A stretch of 64,000 nt of DNA from Botryllus schlosseri (taxonomy: Eukaryota), in assembly GCA_051294905.1 (NCBI GenBank), contig CM119371.1, positions 20,834,001 to 20,898,000 on the forward strand, in the 5' to 3' direction. The translations under genes were made by a program, and so were the position numbers. Below, piece by piece: positions 23,080 through 36,108 of this stretch. Positions within the stretch are counted from its first letter, which is position 1. The number at the start of each line of letters is the position of its first letter. The notes beneath the pieces are model-generated. The model was not told where the DNA came from. It saw only the letters and a program-made list of their open reading frames with translations, and ran no database searches.

Positions 23080-24024
23080 CCGTAATTTTTCAAGTATAGA
23101 ACGCCCCCATGTATAATACGCACCCCTAAAATAGCATGCAAATTCTGGGAAAAAGCCTGTACCCATGTATAGTACGCACCCTGCATTTCAGTACATGAAT
23201 AGTTCCGATTTCGTATACGATGTCATTCTATTTTGCGATGTCACTCTTGAACAATCATTACATAACGATCGCTAATCAAGTAATCATCATACAATTAGCG
23301 GGATTGTCTTTAAACGATAGTAGATAGCAGTTAAAGCCTGCGAAGCGGGCGGCGCGATAGTTCGGGCTAGCGACGCGACACCTTGAGCACGAGGAGACCT
23401 TTTACAGATGCGATTGCTAATAATTATACAATTAACGGTATTGTCTCTAAACGATAGTAGATAGCAGCCAAAGACTGCGAGGATGCGGGGAGTTAGTTTA
23501 GGCCAACGAACCGACATCCAACATCTTGCTCACGATGCCTATTATAGATGCGATTGCGCCTAGGCTAACGGTTATGTCATGCGCAACAGGTCTGTTGGAG
23601 ATGCGACTGATTACGCAAGCGTTTATATCTTGCGCACATGGCCTCTTGTGTATGTATAAATTGCGTATGCGATTGTTCGGGCCTGTCGTTGACGCGATGA
23701 ATTGGCGAAAATTGCAGCGCGCGAGTGTCTATAAGTGACCTAATTTCGCTTGCGTTCAAACAGCAAACCAACTCAGCAGGAGATCGCATGCTTTTGCACA
23801 CGACTCTCGTTAATTGGATACACGCTTCCCACTAATTACTACGCGCGATGGCTGAAAGTGACGCGCGATTGGAAACAAACATAAGAATGAGGATAAGTGT
23901 GATTTCAAGTTTTTTATCGAGAGAGATTTCTTCCAAGCGTGTTGTTCCCATGTAAAATACGCACCACCCGATTTTAGGGCAAAAAATCGTGAAAATTTTG
24001 CGCATTATACATGGAAAATCACGG
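23080..24024. mobile_element. Tc1/mariner (pogo/Tigger-like) non-autonomous element
   Basis: TA|CCGTAATTTTTCAAGTATA...TATACATGGAAAATCACGG|TA; subterminal TACGCACC repeats. Confidence 0.8.
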
Positions 24025-25357
24025 TAACCTATGGTGGATTAGTAATCTATATAGACCATGAATGGCCAACCTTTTCGGCTGAAGGGCCCCATGCAATTGA
24101 CGAACGAGTGCGCGGTCCACTAGCCACGCCAAGCGGGTAAAATTTTCGAAGTTTTTAAATGAACAAGGTCAATAATATTATTACTGGAGTATTGCGGGTC
24201 TATTGTATACCACCCGCTAGGCTCAGATTGCAAGGACACGACTATTCGGCGTCTGGCCACATCGATAACGAAGATCTCCAATAATATGCGACAATCATTT
24301 TGTGCCTGCATTTCACCATTGACGATCTTTATGCGAGCGCAAACGCGAAAAGACTTTCTCCCGTAATTGCGAATACAGTTAGACTCAATCGGATAAATTA
24401 GGCGTTTTTTTTTTTTCGTTTTCAGTAGTGGGTAGGCTATCCAAGCAAGAAATCGTGCGACAATTAAACACGCAAAGCGTGAAGAAAAATTTCGCTGCTA
24501 TTCTAGTTTATTGTAATGTACGACAGTTTACTGAAAATGTGACTGGACCCTGGATCTGCCAATGCGTCAGAACTGATATTTTAGTCATCAACATCCCAAG
24601 CGTCGCAGTCAGAATTGTAATTTTTTGTTGGCAATGCAAGTTTGCAATCTGAGCAATTCATTTTCGATAATATAATAGGAAATTACCGTAGCTAACGGGT
24701 CACGCAAAACCCTCTCGCTGGCCACCCCTGATATATACAGGCCAATGCGATAATTTCGGAGCCGGAGCAGCAGCTGGAGCAGGAGCAGTTTCAATTTGCG
24801 GCTGCTCTAAAGCCCTGCATATAACACGGCGTGATTTTGACTAAAATCTATATTCGTTTCTATTACAGATATCGAACAAGACAAGATAATTTTAGTACAG
24901 TATGATCACCATGATCATCGCTTTACGATGATAATTATGTTGTCATGCATAGAATATAATTACTCACTTACATCTTCAAAACCAGTCATATTTTCCCATA
25001 TCTTTGGCAGACAATTCATAAAAATCGCCGTTCCATTCAAGCGATTTGTCGTAATATTCCGTAGTGAATTTTCTGTCCTAGAAGGTACTACGAACTACAC
25101 ATCTCACAACATCATAAATCTCAGGTAGGTGATCAACTGTGATCACCTTTCTAATATTACCATGGATTATCAGCATTTTCATATTTAATAGCACTAGAGT
25201 AATAAATCGCTAACCAGTCTGATGAATCTGAAAAATAGAACGCCATGTTGAAAATTACGCAATTTTAATTACTGGTACTTTTCTTTATCGGCATATAGTT
25301 CCCTAATAAACTTTGAAACATATTCTATGATGCAGTCTAATGTAGCCATCTCACCAT

Positions 25358-25558
25358 CAATGTTCCCTCTAAGCTGCGCCCGTGCGCAAATGCACAGGGC
25401 TAACACGGTCTCTGTGCACAGAAAATGTAAGTTGTGCACAAAAAATCCAATATGATGACCTTTTTTTTAGTCTTTACGCACTGTTGTCCAAGGGTCTGCG
25501 CAGTGAGTTTGTGAGTGTGCTGCTTTGAGCAGACTCGTCAAAAATTAAAGGAACATTG
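25358..25558. mobile_element. Short hAT-type MITE, family C
   Basis: TIR CAATGTTCC/GGAACATTG; perfect TSD CTCACCAT. A lone family C terminus also occurs at ~21953. Confidence 0.9.
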
Positions 25559-25789
25559 CTCACCATATTGTAATTTACCGATACAGTATACCAGTAAATT
25601 ATGGAGTCTCTGGTATAATATTTCACCAGGTTGTAAAACACAAAGGAAACCGGTTTCTGTCAGCCTCACACTGAATAACAGTGTAAATATCGGCCAAAGC
25701 CTGTCTTGAGGATACCACAAATGTGACAGTGCCCGTCAAAATCTTCATAGAGAAATATTGGACCACCTTGATCCTGATTGACAACATGG

Positions 25790-26170
25790 ATTCTCTTTTG
25801 CCGTGTTTGTCACATAATTTTACAGAGCAAACTTGTCCTTCCATATCTTGCATTCGACAAAATGCAACATATTGGCTGGGTATACACATCCTCCCAATAT
25901 GTTAACTGGCTCAACTTTCTTGGTTTCATCATTTACATAGTTAGGCGAAGACATTCCCAATATGATATACTGTAATCGACTGGTTACCGTATGCACTCTG
26001 AAGCTATGGTAAGTGCTGAACGTCATCGGTGGATTGCTGTCTCCACACGGTACCATACTACAGGTGAATGCGGTACACCAACGATGCACATAACGTACAT
26101 GATTTAGCAAGACTTTCCGGGATGAAAACTGACCACAAACGCATCTTTTAACTGGGCAAGCCCAATCCAT
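25790..26170 (-). pseudogene. N-terminal fragment with two C2H2-like fingers, probably a decayed CACTA/EnSpm-type transposase
   Basis: MDWACPVKRC...FSSRKVLLNHVRYVH...FTCSMVPC...TFSTYHSFRVH; frameshifted continuation VKLCDKHG. No catalytic core follows. Confidence 0.55.
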
Positions 26171-26250
26171 AACAGTCAGTCAGCGTCGACAATAAATTCT
26201 GTTCTCAGTGCGGTTGGCTTGCTGGCGGCTTCCCGGCAATACAAGATTCT

Positions 26251-26402
26251 CAACCAATCATGGCGCATACTGAAATCACGTGTGCCGTGAACTTTTTCAA
26301 CCAATAACAATGGATACTAAAATCTTGTGAGCCGTAAACTAATAGATTACAGCCATTTTTCAACCAATCACGACGGATACTGAAATCGTGTAAGGTGTGA
26401 AC
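26251..26402. promoter_or_regulatory. Three ~42-bp repeats, each with a CCAAT box, upstream of the C2H2 fragment ATG
   Basis: CAACCAAT..(N)..ATACT.AAATC...G.G..GT.AAC at 26251, 26298 and 26361; the first contains CACGTG. Confidence 0.5.
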
Positions 26403-26702
26403 TAATAAATTACGACGAATACTCACATGTTTTATAATAGATAGCTAACCTATAAGGATAGATTCGCCACAGCTATCGTCACGCTTGCTTGCTCAGCAAT
26501 ATGAACGTTACATAATTTCATATCCCATAGCTTCAGACCCGAGCGCTCAAATTAGATATAGTTGATTTCATTTGAAAGCAACATTCTGAAAATATACATT
26601 AAAATTTCAATAGAGCAATGGAATTACCCCGAAGTAGCCTTCAAAATCTGAAAATCAGCATTGTTCCAAACAATCGCAGCGACGCAGCACAATGGTCCTA
26701 AC

Positions 26703-27141
26703 GGTGTCCGGTCAATACCGAGAAAACCATTACCGAGAATGCCATTACAGAGAATGGACACTACCGAGAATGGACATTACCGAGAAAGGACACCACAGAG
26801 AATGGGCATTACCGAGAATGGACACCACCGAGAATGGACATTACCGAGAATGCAATATATGCAATGCAGGCATGCTATGCATATGAGCAGGTCGTGTGTG
26901 TGCATCAGGGCGTTGCCACATTCGGTATCGATGCTCAGGTATTAATTTCTCGACAAAATCAGTCCCAGTAAGCTATATTCTTGACATTGGCCATTCTCGG
27001 TAATGCCCATTCTCGGTGGTGTCCATTCTCGGTAATGACTATTCTCGGTATTTTCCATTCTCGGTAATGTCCATTCTCGGTAATGGCATTCTCGGTAATG
27101 TTCATTCTCGGTAATGGTTTTCTCGGTATTGGTATAGAACC
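26703..27141. mobile_element. Foldback element family B copy 2, inside an older palindromic element (~26565-27290)
   Basis: Tandem ACCGAGAATGGACATT repeats on the left arm and their complement on the right arm; outer arms CATTGTTCCAAACAATCGCA / TGCGAATGTTCGGAACAATG. Confidence 0.85.
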
Positions 27142-27504
27142 GGCCCTATAACGCGTGGTTGCGAATGTTCGGAACAATGCCGAATTTCATACTTTGGGGT
27201 GTATTTCGAAGGCGTTCCATTGCCCTGATTAGATTTTAATGCATATTTTCGGAATCAGTGCGACAGTAGCTTTCAAATCAGAGCAACGTTATTCCAAACT
27301 GAAACGCAACATGTTTTTTACATAACATGTTACGTTTCAGTTTTGAACTTGATTAATTGGAAAACACGTCGCGTTTTCGGTTTTAAACTTGATTATTTCG
27401 AAAACACGTCGGCGTTTTTTGTTAATAAACGTGTTTTTGGACAAAACATGCAAAAAACACGTTGAATACACGGTATATTTTTTACAGTGTGCATAGTTGT
27501 AGGG

Positions 27505-27800
27505 CGGAATGAACACTACTCTAGTTCGAACGCTCGTGTGAATAAAACGGTCTTGATTTTGCGTTTGAAAACATATAGCGAGTCACATAGTCTGATAGAA
27601 AAGGGAAGATATTCCACAGAATGGCGGCCGAGGAAGAAAAGGTTCTCTCGCCGTAGGTCGATGTTCTGACTCTTGGAACTGACAAGAGCTTTTGCGACTG
27701 AGAACGTAGCGCTCTTCCGGGATTATACATTGTCACTAGCTCACGAAGATACGCTGGTGCACTTCCCTCCATGCATCCGAAGACGTACAGGAGAAGCTCG
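27505..27800 (-). pseudogene. L2/CR1-group LINE ORF2 C-terminal fragment
   Basis: APAYLRELVTMYNPGRALRSQSQKLLSVPRVRTSTYGERTFSSSAAILWN is the typical L2/CR1-group terminal motif. Confidence 0.85.
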
Positions 27801-28900
27801 ATCGCCGCCACCCTCTCACGCTGATTCCGTCGGTATTCCGTCCACTAGCAGTTCATCTCCGACGAGACAGACGAAGAAATTGCGAAGAAGTAGGACGTTT
27901 GTTGTGGGTTGGTAGGACTTGGGTTCGATCCCCAACCGGGTTGGAAGAAATATCCTGCTTACGGACTGCAAGCCGCAGATCCCCTCCATGAGGCGGTTAG
28001 GGAATGTCAGTTGGTTTGATCCGTATTTTCAGTTACTTGGGTATCGCAACAAAGAATAAAGAGGACTACACTCGGCTTTCGACTGTACATTCATACGAAT
28101 TCTATCGAGACTTCATGAGCAATTGCGACACAAATTATTGCATTGCATTCAAGTTATAATAAATTTAAAACTAACATGTCTAAAACACAGAATTCCTCAA
28201 GTCCTTGCAGAATATTTTAAAGATCAAAGACCCTGAATGGTTGAATTTGATGAATGATTTAGCAAAACGAATCACTGAAGACTAATTGGTACCTTGGACA
28301 TAGGAAATGAGTATATGGCTTGGATCAGGACTTAAAAAAGTTCTTTATTCCGCGTACCGTTCTACCGTACCGGCAGTAACGGATGATAAGTTAGAAGATG
28401 CTACTGCAATATGGTTGGTCAACAAGTCGGACACTAACAGTCGGACCAAATTTCCAGCAAATCTTGCTATGACATTAAACCGACTTGTGTAATACAATGA
28501 TCGACATGATCAAGCCACAATATCGTGACAAGTTTTCTCCGCATTTCTATCGTAAATGTGAGGCGTATACTAACGGCAATCATGTCACGTTAGAAGAACG
28601 ATGTATTTTGAAAACCGGGCAATGTCACACCGCGCAGTATCTGTCGAACAATTTGTCTTGGGGCGCCAATTTTCTGATGCAACATTTTAAAAATCAAGAT
28701 TTAATTTTCCAAGTGACGTATACATTTCTACGTCCAACCATTTTACACACGCATAATAATTCATTTACCCTATTTTTGAATCCATCAGTTTTACTTGAGT
28801 TAACTTTCCATACAATATATATATGTTGCCAGCAAATTGCAGGGACAAATACCTCATATTCAATAAAGTTGTTACGAGAACTTAATTCGATGCCCTAAAA

Positions 28901-30959
28901 CAGTGATTCCCAAGTGCGGATCCCAAATAGCCTTCTTGCGGCCCCAAAAATATATTAGGAAATCGAATAATGACAAAAATAAAATATATATTTATAAAAT
29001 ACTCTTGCTTTACTTGACCTCTGTGGTTTTTAATAATAGAATTACAGGAAAGTTGTGAGTATAGACTGCTAACGTTATGTCACTGCTGTTTCAATGCAAT
29101 GTGCCCTAACTTTCCAGTTGATCGAGCAATAGCTATAGATATAAATAGGTATTGATAACTTTCAAAACCGGAGGAAAATATCTTCCTCGTGGTCGCTTGA
29201 CTAAAAAAGAAAAAGAGGTTCAACTCCCGGAAAATACAGTTTTTCTTTCACATTAACAGGTGGTTGACTGAAAAAAAACTTCCCGGTCAAGCTCCGAAAT
29301 AGCCGCCGTAGCATTCCTGCAGTGCTGACTTAATGTGTATATCAGTCGAATTTGGCCCTATATGTAACCAAAATCCTAAAAAAAAAGAAGACAAAATCTC
29401 AAATATGAAGACATTTGGGCGTCCTCCGAGGACACTTTAAAAAAAATCAAAAAAGAGGACAAATCATCTTAAAAGAGGACGTATGGTAACCCTATGATAA
29501 CTAGATGTGCAACACGTGACTCACGGTTGAATACGCCGAGATGCATACTGCTTAGTCGGCTAAAAGCAGCATAATTGGTAGTCCCATATTAAGGGCCGTA
29601 ACTGCCAAACCCCAAACCCCCCAATTGATGGGGCCGAGCTCGAAGGGGGCCCAAAACTATTTCGTGAGTTGCCATCAATTATAGAGTATTTTTTGAAAAT
29701 TTATGCAACTTCTTCAAAAAATTTTCGCGCTGGTCGCGATTTCAATTCGCCGCATATCTTGATTATTGGGTACTCTCCCCCAGGAAAAAATACGCAATAT
29801 TTATAGAAATGGGCATATCAGCGTTGGCCATGACCGCACCAGAACGCACCAAGACATATAAAGTTTTAGGCCATGTAACATGTGACTCCAAGAAGTGTGA
29901 ACGATCGGCAGCGAGAAAGCCTTGGCCGTAAAGGACTGCTTTTATGCTGACCAAAAACTTCGAAATACCAAAAACTTCGTTATATATACAAAATACATAT
30001 CGGTTAGGTTTATTTGTCCATATAGGCACCTAAATGACTGGCGCCGAATGTTCTTGTCTTGGCAATCTGAACCTCACAAGACAAATACCATCCTGAAGGA
30101 AAGAAAATTATATGCCAGTGAAGAAATACCAATCTGAAATCGTGTGATCCTTCAGTTTAGTACCTTTGGGCAATTCTACATTTTTTGATATAGCAGACAT
30201 CAGGATGTCACGAAAAAACATCATGTGAAGAAGTCATACCTAGGGGTCTGCCCGCCCGAAGATGTTTAATTTTACCGGGTCTGTAGTTTCAAGACACCTC
30301 TGACTCAGCTCTACCGATAAATCGGATTACGTGGGCAAAGAGGACAATCACAAAATTCCCGATCTTACTCACCGATTTTATCATGAATTATCGAAATATT
30401 CGGGCGTCGCGCTGTCTCAATAAACAGTACAACTTCAATTTCGTGGCAAAAGCGAACAACGTCATGTGGGGTCAGATTATCACCCTATCGGAGCCCGGGG
30501 TCCTGACGAAGTGCCGTTACGTTCCTGCCAACGGGTATACCCCCGGATATGTTTAATTCCTATTGAGGGGGCCTATACCTTTACAAACACACCTCACTCA
30601 GCTCTACCGGTAAATCAGATTACGTGAACAGAGACAAGATGAAAATTGATAGCAATACATGCAATTCCCGATCATATTGACTGATTCAGTCATGAAACTA
30701 AAGAAATTTCTCGCGCTTCGCGCGTTTCGACGAGAAAAGCTGATTCACTCAACGGACACCCAATGCAGCAGATAAGCAGCGGTAAACAGTGTACAGTGTA
30801 CACTGTACAGTTTTGAAATCTCGCCAGGGCAATAAAGCTACTTCGAAATACCCATGATGACTGTTTGGTCCGTTTCATAGCCGTAGTATTCGTGCGGCCC
30901 CGACCGTACTCTAAAATTCTAAATTTGGCCCTCACACTGAAAAAGTTTGGGAACCACTG
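28901..30959. mobile_element. Composite 2.06-kb hAT-type non-autonomous element, family D copy 1
   Basis: TIR CAGTGATTCCCAA/TTGGGAACCACTG; perfect TSD CCCTAAAA; reverse complement of 40518-42572. Confidence 0.93.
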
Positions 30960-32321
30960 CCCTAAAAGGATTGTAATTCATGCCAGATAAGGGATTTATT
31001 TTGTCAAATCAATTCAAGGATTTGTAGTTTGACATTTTATTTACAAAAAACTCGCACACTTACTCAGTTAATGCTCCTCTTATAAGAAATTTCATGCTAG
31101 TCGTAATCATTGCCTCGTGTTTCAGGTTTTGCGAACGCAAATTATTAAATCTAGCGTGGAGATGCAGAGAAAACGCCTCTGGAGTATTTGGATCGAATTA
31201 ATGAATGAAAAGGCAAATGCTAAACATAAGGTATGCTCTACTATCAAATACTAAACGAAATACAATCTATAATCGGACATGAGTTATAATTCTGCTGATT
31301 CGTATCACCGTATTAATTGTTGATGTCATTTAAAAATTATACATCGAATAATTTTCATAAAACAGGGATTACATATTGATAAATTTCATGGGCGATACCA
31401 GTGGCGGCTCGTGACAATATCGGGTGGTGGGGCAAGGGCTGCGAGCGACTTTTATTAACATGACGTCACAATGGCGTTTTCTAACGTAAAAAAGTAACTT
31501 TATGATGATCACATGAATTTCCCGACAACAGTGATTTTAACGTAGGTGCCACGAGAGGTTTGCCGGTGAACCGTGGCTTGAAATGTGGTAACAAATGTTT
31601 TATTCATTTTTTTAATCAAAGGACTATTTTACAAAATTTACGTGAACTAAGAATCGTTCCTATGCCACGAATCAATTATCAGGTCATCCTTAGTAGCATG
31701 CGTTATGATTTCATGGTAGAGATTATGCAAATCGATTAGCCCTAGTTTTTCTAAGCCCGTCCGAAAGTGTTTCGTACACGATCCTGGTGTGTTACGACCA
31801 CTGAGCTGGTGGTTACGACCAGTTGATAGGCAACCAAAGCGGAGGCACCCGGCGTACTATTGGATCAATGGACTGGACAACTTCTAGACCTCTAATTTTC
31901 GCTCCAAAGGCAACTGCGTAAACTACGTACGGAGCAAAGATTCAATACGATTCATGTTCGCACTTGACTTGACCTGACTAATTCCAATGACTAGAACTCG
32001 AGAGATTGCTGGAAAGGTCAACGAGTTCGGACACATACGCAATTGGTATCTCATAGATTGGGCCTGTCATATTGAATCCAGAACATCAATTTGAATGGTC
32101 TTTGAAGAACTAGGACATCAGCCTCGGAACAACATACGACATTTTGGCCTTGAGACTGGAGACTGTGACACAACACATACGGCTTACTGTCTATAAGTCT
32201 GCTGCGAAATCGCCGTTGGAAAATATATTAATCAATAAATACATGAATGAAAGCCGTAAACTTGTGATACTGTTACAAGACATCATCGAGAAGTAGCATA
32301 CGCAATCTCATAATCCATTCC

Positions 32322-32600
32322 GACCGACGAGATAGCGTAATGGTAAAGCGTCCGGCCTCTCGATTGGTAGGGCGTGGGTTCGATCCCCGGCCGGGTCAGA
32401 CCAAAGATCTTATTGGTAACACTGGTATCCATGACTTCCCTGGTTGGCGCTCATGCATTACTGGGATAGCATGGAGGGGTGGTGCAAGATCAGCTGTTAG
32501 CCGACATCGAAAATGACATCGCAATTGACAGGGGATTATAAGAAAATGGTTTGAAGGCCACAATTTCACAGTGAAATGGACATTGGCGAACATAAAATTA
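32322..32600 (+). mobile_element. tRNA-derived SINE, possibly carrying the Meta conserved domain
   Basis: A-box TAGCGTAATGG (32333), B-box GGTTCGATCCC (32377), followed by GGTCAGACCAAAGA..TGGTA..CTTCCCTGGTTGGCGCTCA.GCATTA. Confidence 0.8.
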
Positions 32601-32689
32601 TGTGAATATCTGAATGCAAACCGAGAATCTTAGTTACCTGTTACATCTGATCATCGAGATATACCATTGGAAATATCATCACCGATCTT

Positions 32690-33350
32690 GTTATGGAACG
32701 CAGACTAGATTAGCACAGATCGACACCGGCTTTTGCGTGAGATCCGCAAGGATGTATAGGTAGGCTAAGTATCAGATCAGCGCGCATCTCTACCATACTC
32801 GACCTCGAAAACGAAATAACTGCCTCAATCCATGGAGTGTCAACTTTAAGACTTGGCACCGCGATACTAAAATCAAGACATACCGTGCAAAAGCTCATGA
32901 CAGATCTAGGTATGGAACATCGTTAAAATCAATAGAGACCAATAACGGCTTTTGCGTAAATCTGTTAGCGATAAATGAAGAGTCAGCTCTCACTCGACTT
33001 TGGCAACGAAATTACCACCCACATAGTTCGGTGGCAAACTTAAAACTTGTTACGGCGGTCGATACTAACATTATGACTTACCGTGCCAAATGTCATGACC
33101 GATCTCGGTGTGGAACATCGTCAAAATCAATGGAGACCAATACCGGCTTTTGAGTAAAATCTGTTTGCTGTACAATGTACATGATAGATCAGCACACACT
33201 GAATTTCGGAAACGAAATTACTACCCTTATCTTTAAGTAGCAAGCCTGAAACTTGAAACAGTGTTAAATACTACCGCATATCATACGAAGTTTCAAGAAT
33301 TATCATAGTGCGAAACACCATCAAAATCGACCTATACCAACAAAGGTCGA
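32690..33350. repeat. Degenerate tandem repeat, ~195-bp unit, 3-4 copies
   Basis: GGAACATCGT.AAAATCAAT.GAGACCAATA.CGGCTTTTG at ~32914 and ~33112; AACGAAAT.AC at ~32810, ~33006 and ~33211. Confidence 0.7.
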
Positions 33351-34371
33351 CTCAACGCATATTACGGTAACCGAGTTCAGATATATATACGATTGTTACA
33401 TCACACCTTAGGGGCAACCAGACATATTCACCCCGCTTGCTTGGCCAATTTACGAATAGGAGAGAGTAAATCACGGTTTATTTATTGTGCGCGGCTTTGA
33501 GAGAATAGATAGTGAAAGCTTGTTATGAGCGCTAGGCATTCACAAAGCGAACACACAGAAGAGAATTCGATTTTCGCAGAGACTTCGCTATGTATGGGCA
33601 TTGGGCATTTGCAAGCGAAAGCACAAGAAGAACGCGAGTTTCGCTGTGATCTCGGTATATGTTGATTGCTGTGCGTCTGTAAATTGTTAAATTGTTATTG
33701 AACAGAATTTTAGGTGGGGCAATGCCCCAGTTGCCCTATAGGACGAGCCGCCACTGACATACACACACGTTCGGCTCAGTCAAAAGTCTTAGAAATCGCT
33801 ATCTGTATTTCGCGTGACGCAGTGTTTCTCGTAGCAGTAATTGACTTTACGGCGATTGGATATATATGGAAATCGTCTCAAAAGACCTATACGTTGCTGT
33901 AGTCTTGATTTAGTTTCCTAATCTAAACTGCACAAATAGTCGCAACTGCACACATAGACCGAGTATAGGTGCTGACCATATTTTTAGTAACCAACATACC
34001 AAATCGAAAGGTGGCGTCGCGTAACTTTTTCATATCGAAATTTGGGTGGCGACCGTAAACAGTTTGGAAAGCCTTGTATTAAAATAATCGCATGCGTCGT
34101 CTTTTAAAACCGTTTACCACATCATTTGGTGAGTGGCGAGATATATTGGTGGTATAATTCACAGCCACATCACCGATGGGTTGTGGGTAGGGTTGCATTT
34201 AAAACAAATGGTGTTTCAAAACACTTTATTTAAAACGGGGGTCACCAACACGCGACCCGCGGGCCGCATGCGGCTTCGCCCCCCAGACCCCCCTATTGGC
34301 CTCTGCGCTTTTTTAAACTACCTATCATCTATATCGTGGGCCGTTTGGGTGGCTGTGTCGCCTGGACGCGC

Positions 34372-35797
34372 CAGGCGCGAAAATTTTCTATGATTCATGA
34401 TTGAATCGGTCAATATGATCGGGAATTGCATATATCCATTTTCATCCTCTCTCTGCTCACGTAATCAGATTTACCGGTAAAGCTGGTCGAGTGAGGTGTG
34501 TTAGAAAATGTAGGTTCTCTAAATATTAATTAAACATCTTCGGGAGCACCCGTTGGTATAATGACTTCGTTACATGAAGCAATTTCGTGACCTCCTATCG
34601 GCTATGTCAAAAGACATTGAAATCGCTCAAACGTACTAAAGCAGTGTTTCCCAACCTTTATCGTCTCGTGCCCCCCTGGACCGATATTTGAGCTAAAATT
34701 CCCCCCTATGAAAAAGTAGCCTGTGACTAAAAATGTGCTTTTTAATGCGCAACCATTTGTTGACTAAGCAATTAATGGCCAACATATTCAGATATGGCCG
34801 AACTATGGCCAATTCGGACCGCACTAAACTTTGGTAAAGTACAGTCAAATTTGACCTGTTTTTGACCGGTCGGGTAGACGCTCACGAAAAATAAATCACC
34901 AAGTCCGCTTGCTATATGGACTTGAGTTGAATCGATGAATTTGGTGCGGTATGTTTTTCACGTTAGCTCGTATGTTGGCATAAAAAGTTCAACAATTTCA
35001 CTAGCGGCTTTGTGCTGAGCTCGGCTTGACGTTTCCCTGCTTTTCCTGCCTCATTTTATCAGGGGGTGTAATATCTACAGAAGGCATTTAAACATACACC
35101 TAGCTTGAAATCAGCCAAAGAAACATACAACTGTAAAGAACTAATTTCTATTTGACAGTTCTATACCATAAAAATCTAAAAACCTTGTGAACCCAGTGTA
35201 TCTTGCAATACAATGCAAAGCCAGAGTTTCCCTAAAAAAAATTAGCCAGATTCCTCCCTAACAATTTCAAAACCCCCCCCCAAGGGTGGAATTCCCCCCC
35301 CTTTCCGGTTGGGAACCACTGCAGTAAACTAAAACACGAACACGATTTCAAATTGGTATTTCTCTACTGGCGAATAATGTTCTCTCGACATGGCATTCGT
35401 CTTGTTGTGGGACTCGGTCGCCAGCACATGAACATTTAGCGCCAGCCATTTACGCGCCTATGGACAATGCATGAATCGAAGTTTTCGGTCAGCATATAGG
35501 GCAGTCCTTTTCGGCCAAGGTTTTCTCGCTGCTGATCGTTTTGGCGCACTTCTCGGAGTCGCATGTCACATAGCCTATAACTTCATATGCCCGTTTCTCC
35601 TAATCACGCGTAATTTTTAGTGTGGGAAGGGTACCCAAGATATTTGACAAAAGTAATTCGCGCGCGGCGCGAAAAATATTTTGAAAGTTTCCCAAAAATA
35701 AACAACAATATTTATGTTAATTCACCAAATAATTTTGGGCTCCCTTCGACCTTGGCCCTCTAATTGAGGGTTTGGGGTGCGACAGTTACGGTCCTGA
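34372..35797. mobile_element. Older partial relative of the inner part of family D, interrupted by an hAT MITE (34642-35321)
   Basis: Colinear with ~40740-41860; the insert has termini CAGTGTTTCCCAACC/GGTTGGGAACCACTG. Confidence 0.75.
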
Positions 35798-36108
35798 GGA
35801 AATCTTACGCAATGTTTATGACACGCCGAGAAGACTATCCGCTAGTTTCTCGCAGATTAAATTCGAGCTGGCCCATTGTTATTTATAACTTTGTTAAATT
35901 ATGTTATTTCGCCATTCCCAGAAAATAATGCGCTATTGAAATTATATCAGTATCGCTCACGCGTACGAGACCATACTAAAAGAAAAGATTTTTCGTTAGG
36001 CGCTCGTGATTGCAAAGTCTCATTTCTTCACGGAGCGCAATATTTACCTTTGCGGGTCGCACTTGTACCTCGGTGTAAGAGTTCAGCGATAACACTATTT
36101 GCCCCTGA

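Larger units (their letters stand above)
19040..25077 (-). pseudogene. Decayed multi-exon SAMD3-like gene (accessory gene type of animal CACTA/EnSpm elements), interrupted by MITEs
   Basis: Exon-like blocks, most with recognisable splice sites: 25077-24972 (DRKFTTEYYDKSLEWNGDFYELS), ~22733 (PGDERCIEVQQKAISVEW), 22275 (GSWKDKLCNKMREWRR), ~21888 (DDERSIEIH*), 20576-20497 (GWMVGIATIFNDNYGSFLFVDK), 19198-19050 (EELYPTIKY..WKVLFYGKVI..frameshift..YWLFNIKFAP*). Family assignment is from recalled motifs only. Confidence 0.55.
31399..33756. mobile_element. hAT-type non-autonomous element containing a SINE and a degenerate tandem repeat
   Basis: TIR CAGTGGCGGCTCGT/ACGAGCCGCCACTG; no clean TSD. Confidence 0.7.

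Noticed and set aside
26661..27177. Repetitive ORFs (RECHYREWTLPRMDITENGHH), also at 16386-16673
   Set aside because: Translation artefacts of the 10/20-bp repeat arms, open in several frames.
27895..28070. B-box-like GGTTCGATCCC, possible third SINE or tRNA
   Set aside because: A-box, tail and TSD could not be defined; too weak to call.
29763..30935. Short ORFs repeated in the inverted copy (40898-41684)
   Set aside because: Starts and stops differ between copies and there are no domains; non-coding MITE sequence.
32322..32400. tRNA gene
   Set aside because: A and B boxes are present, but there is no convincing cloverleaf or poly-T terminator, and it runs into a SINE body.
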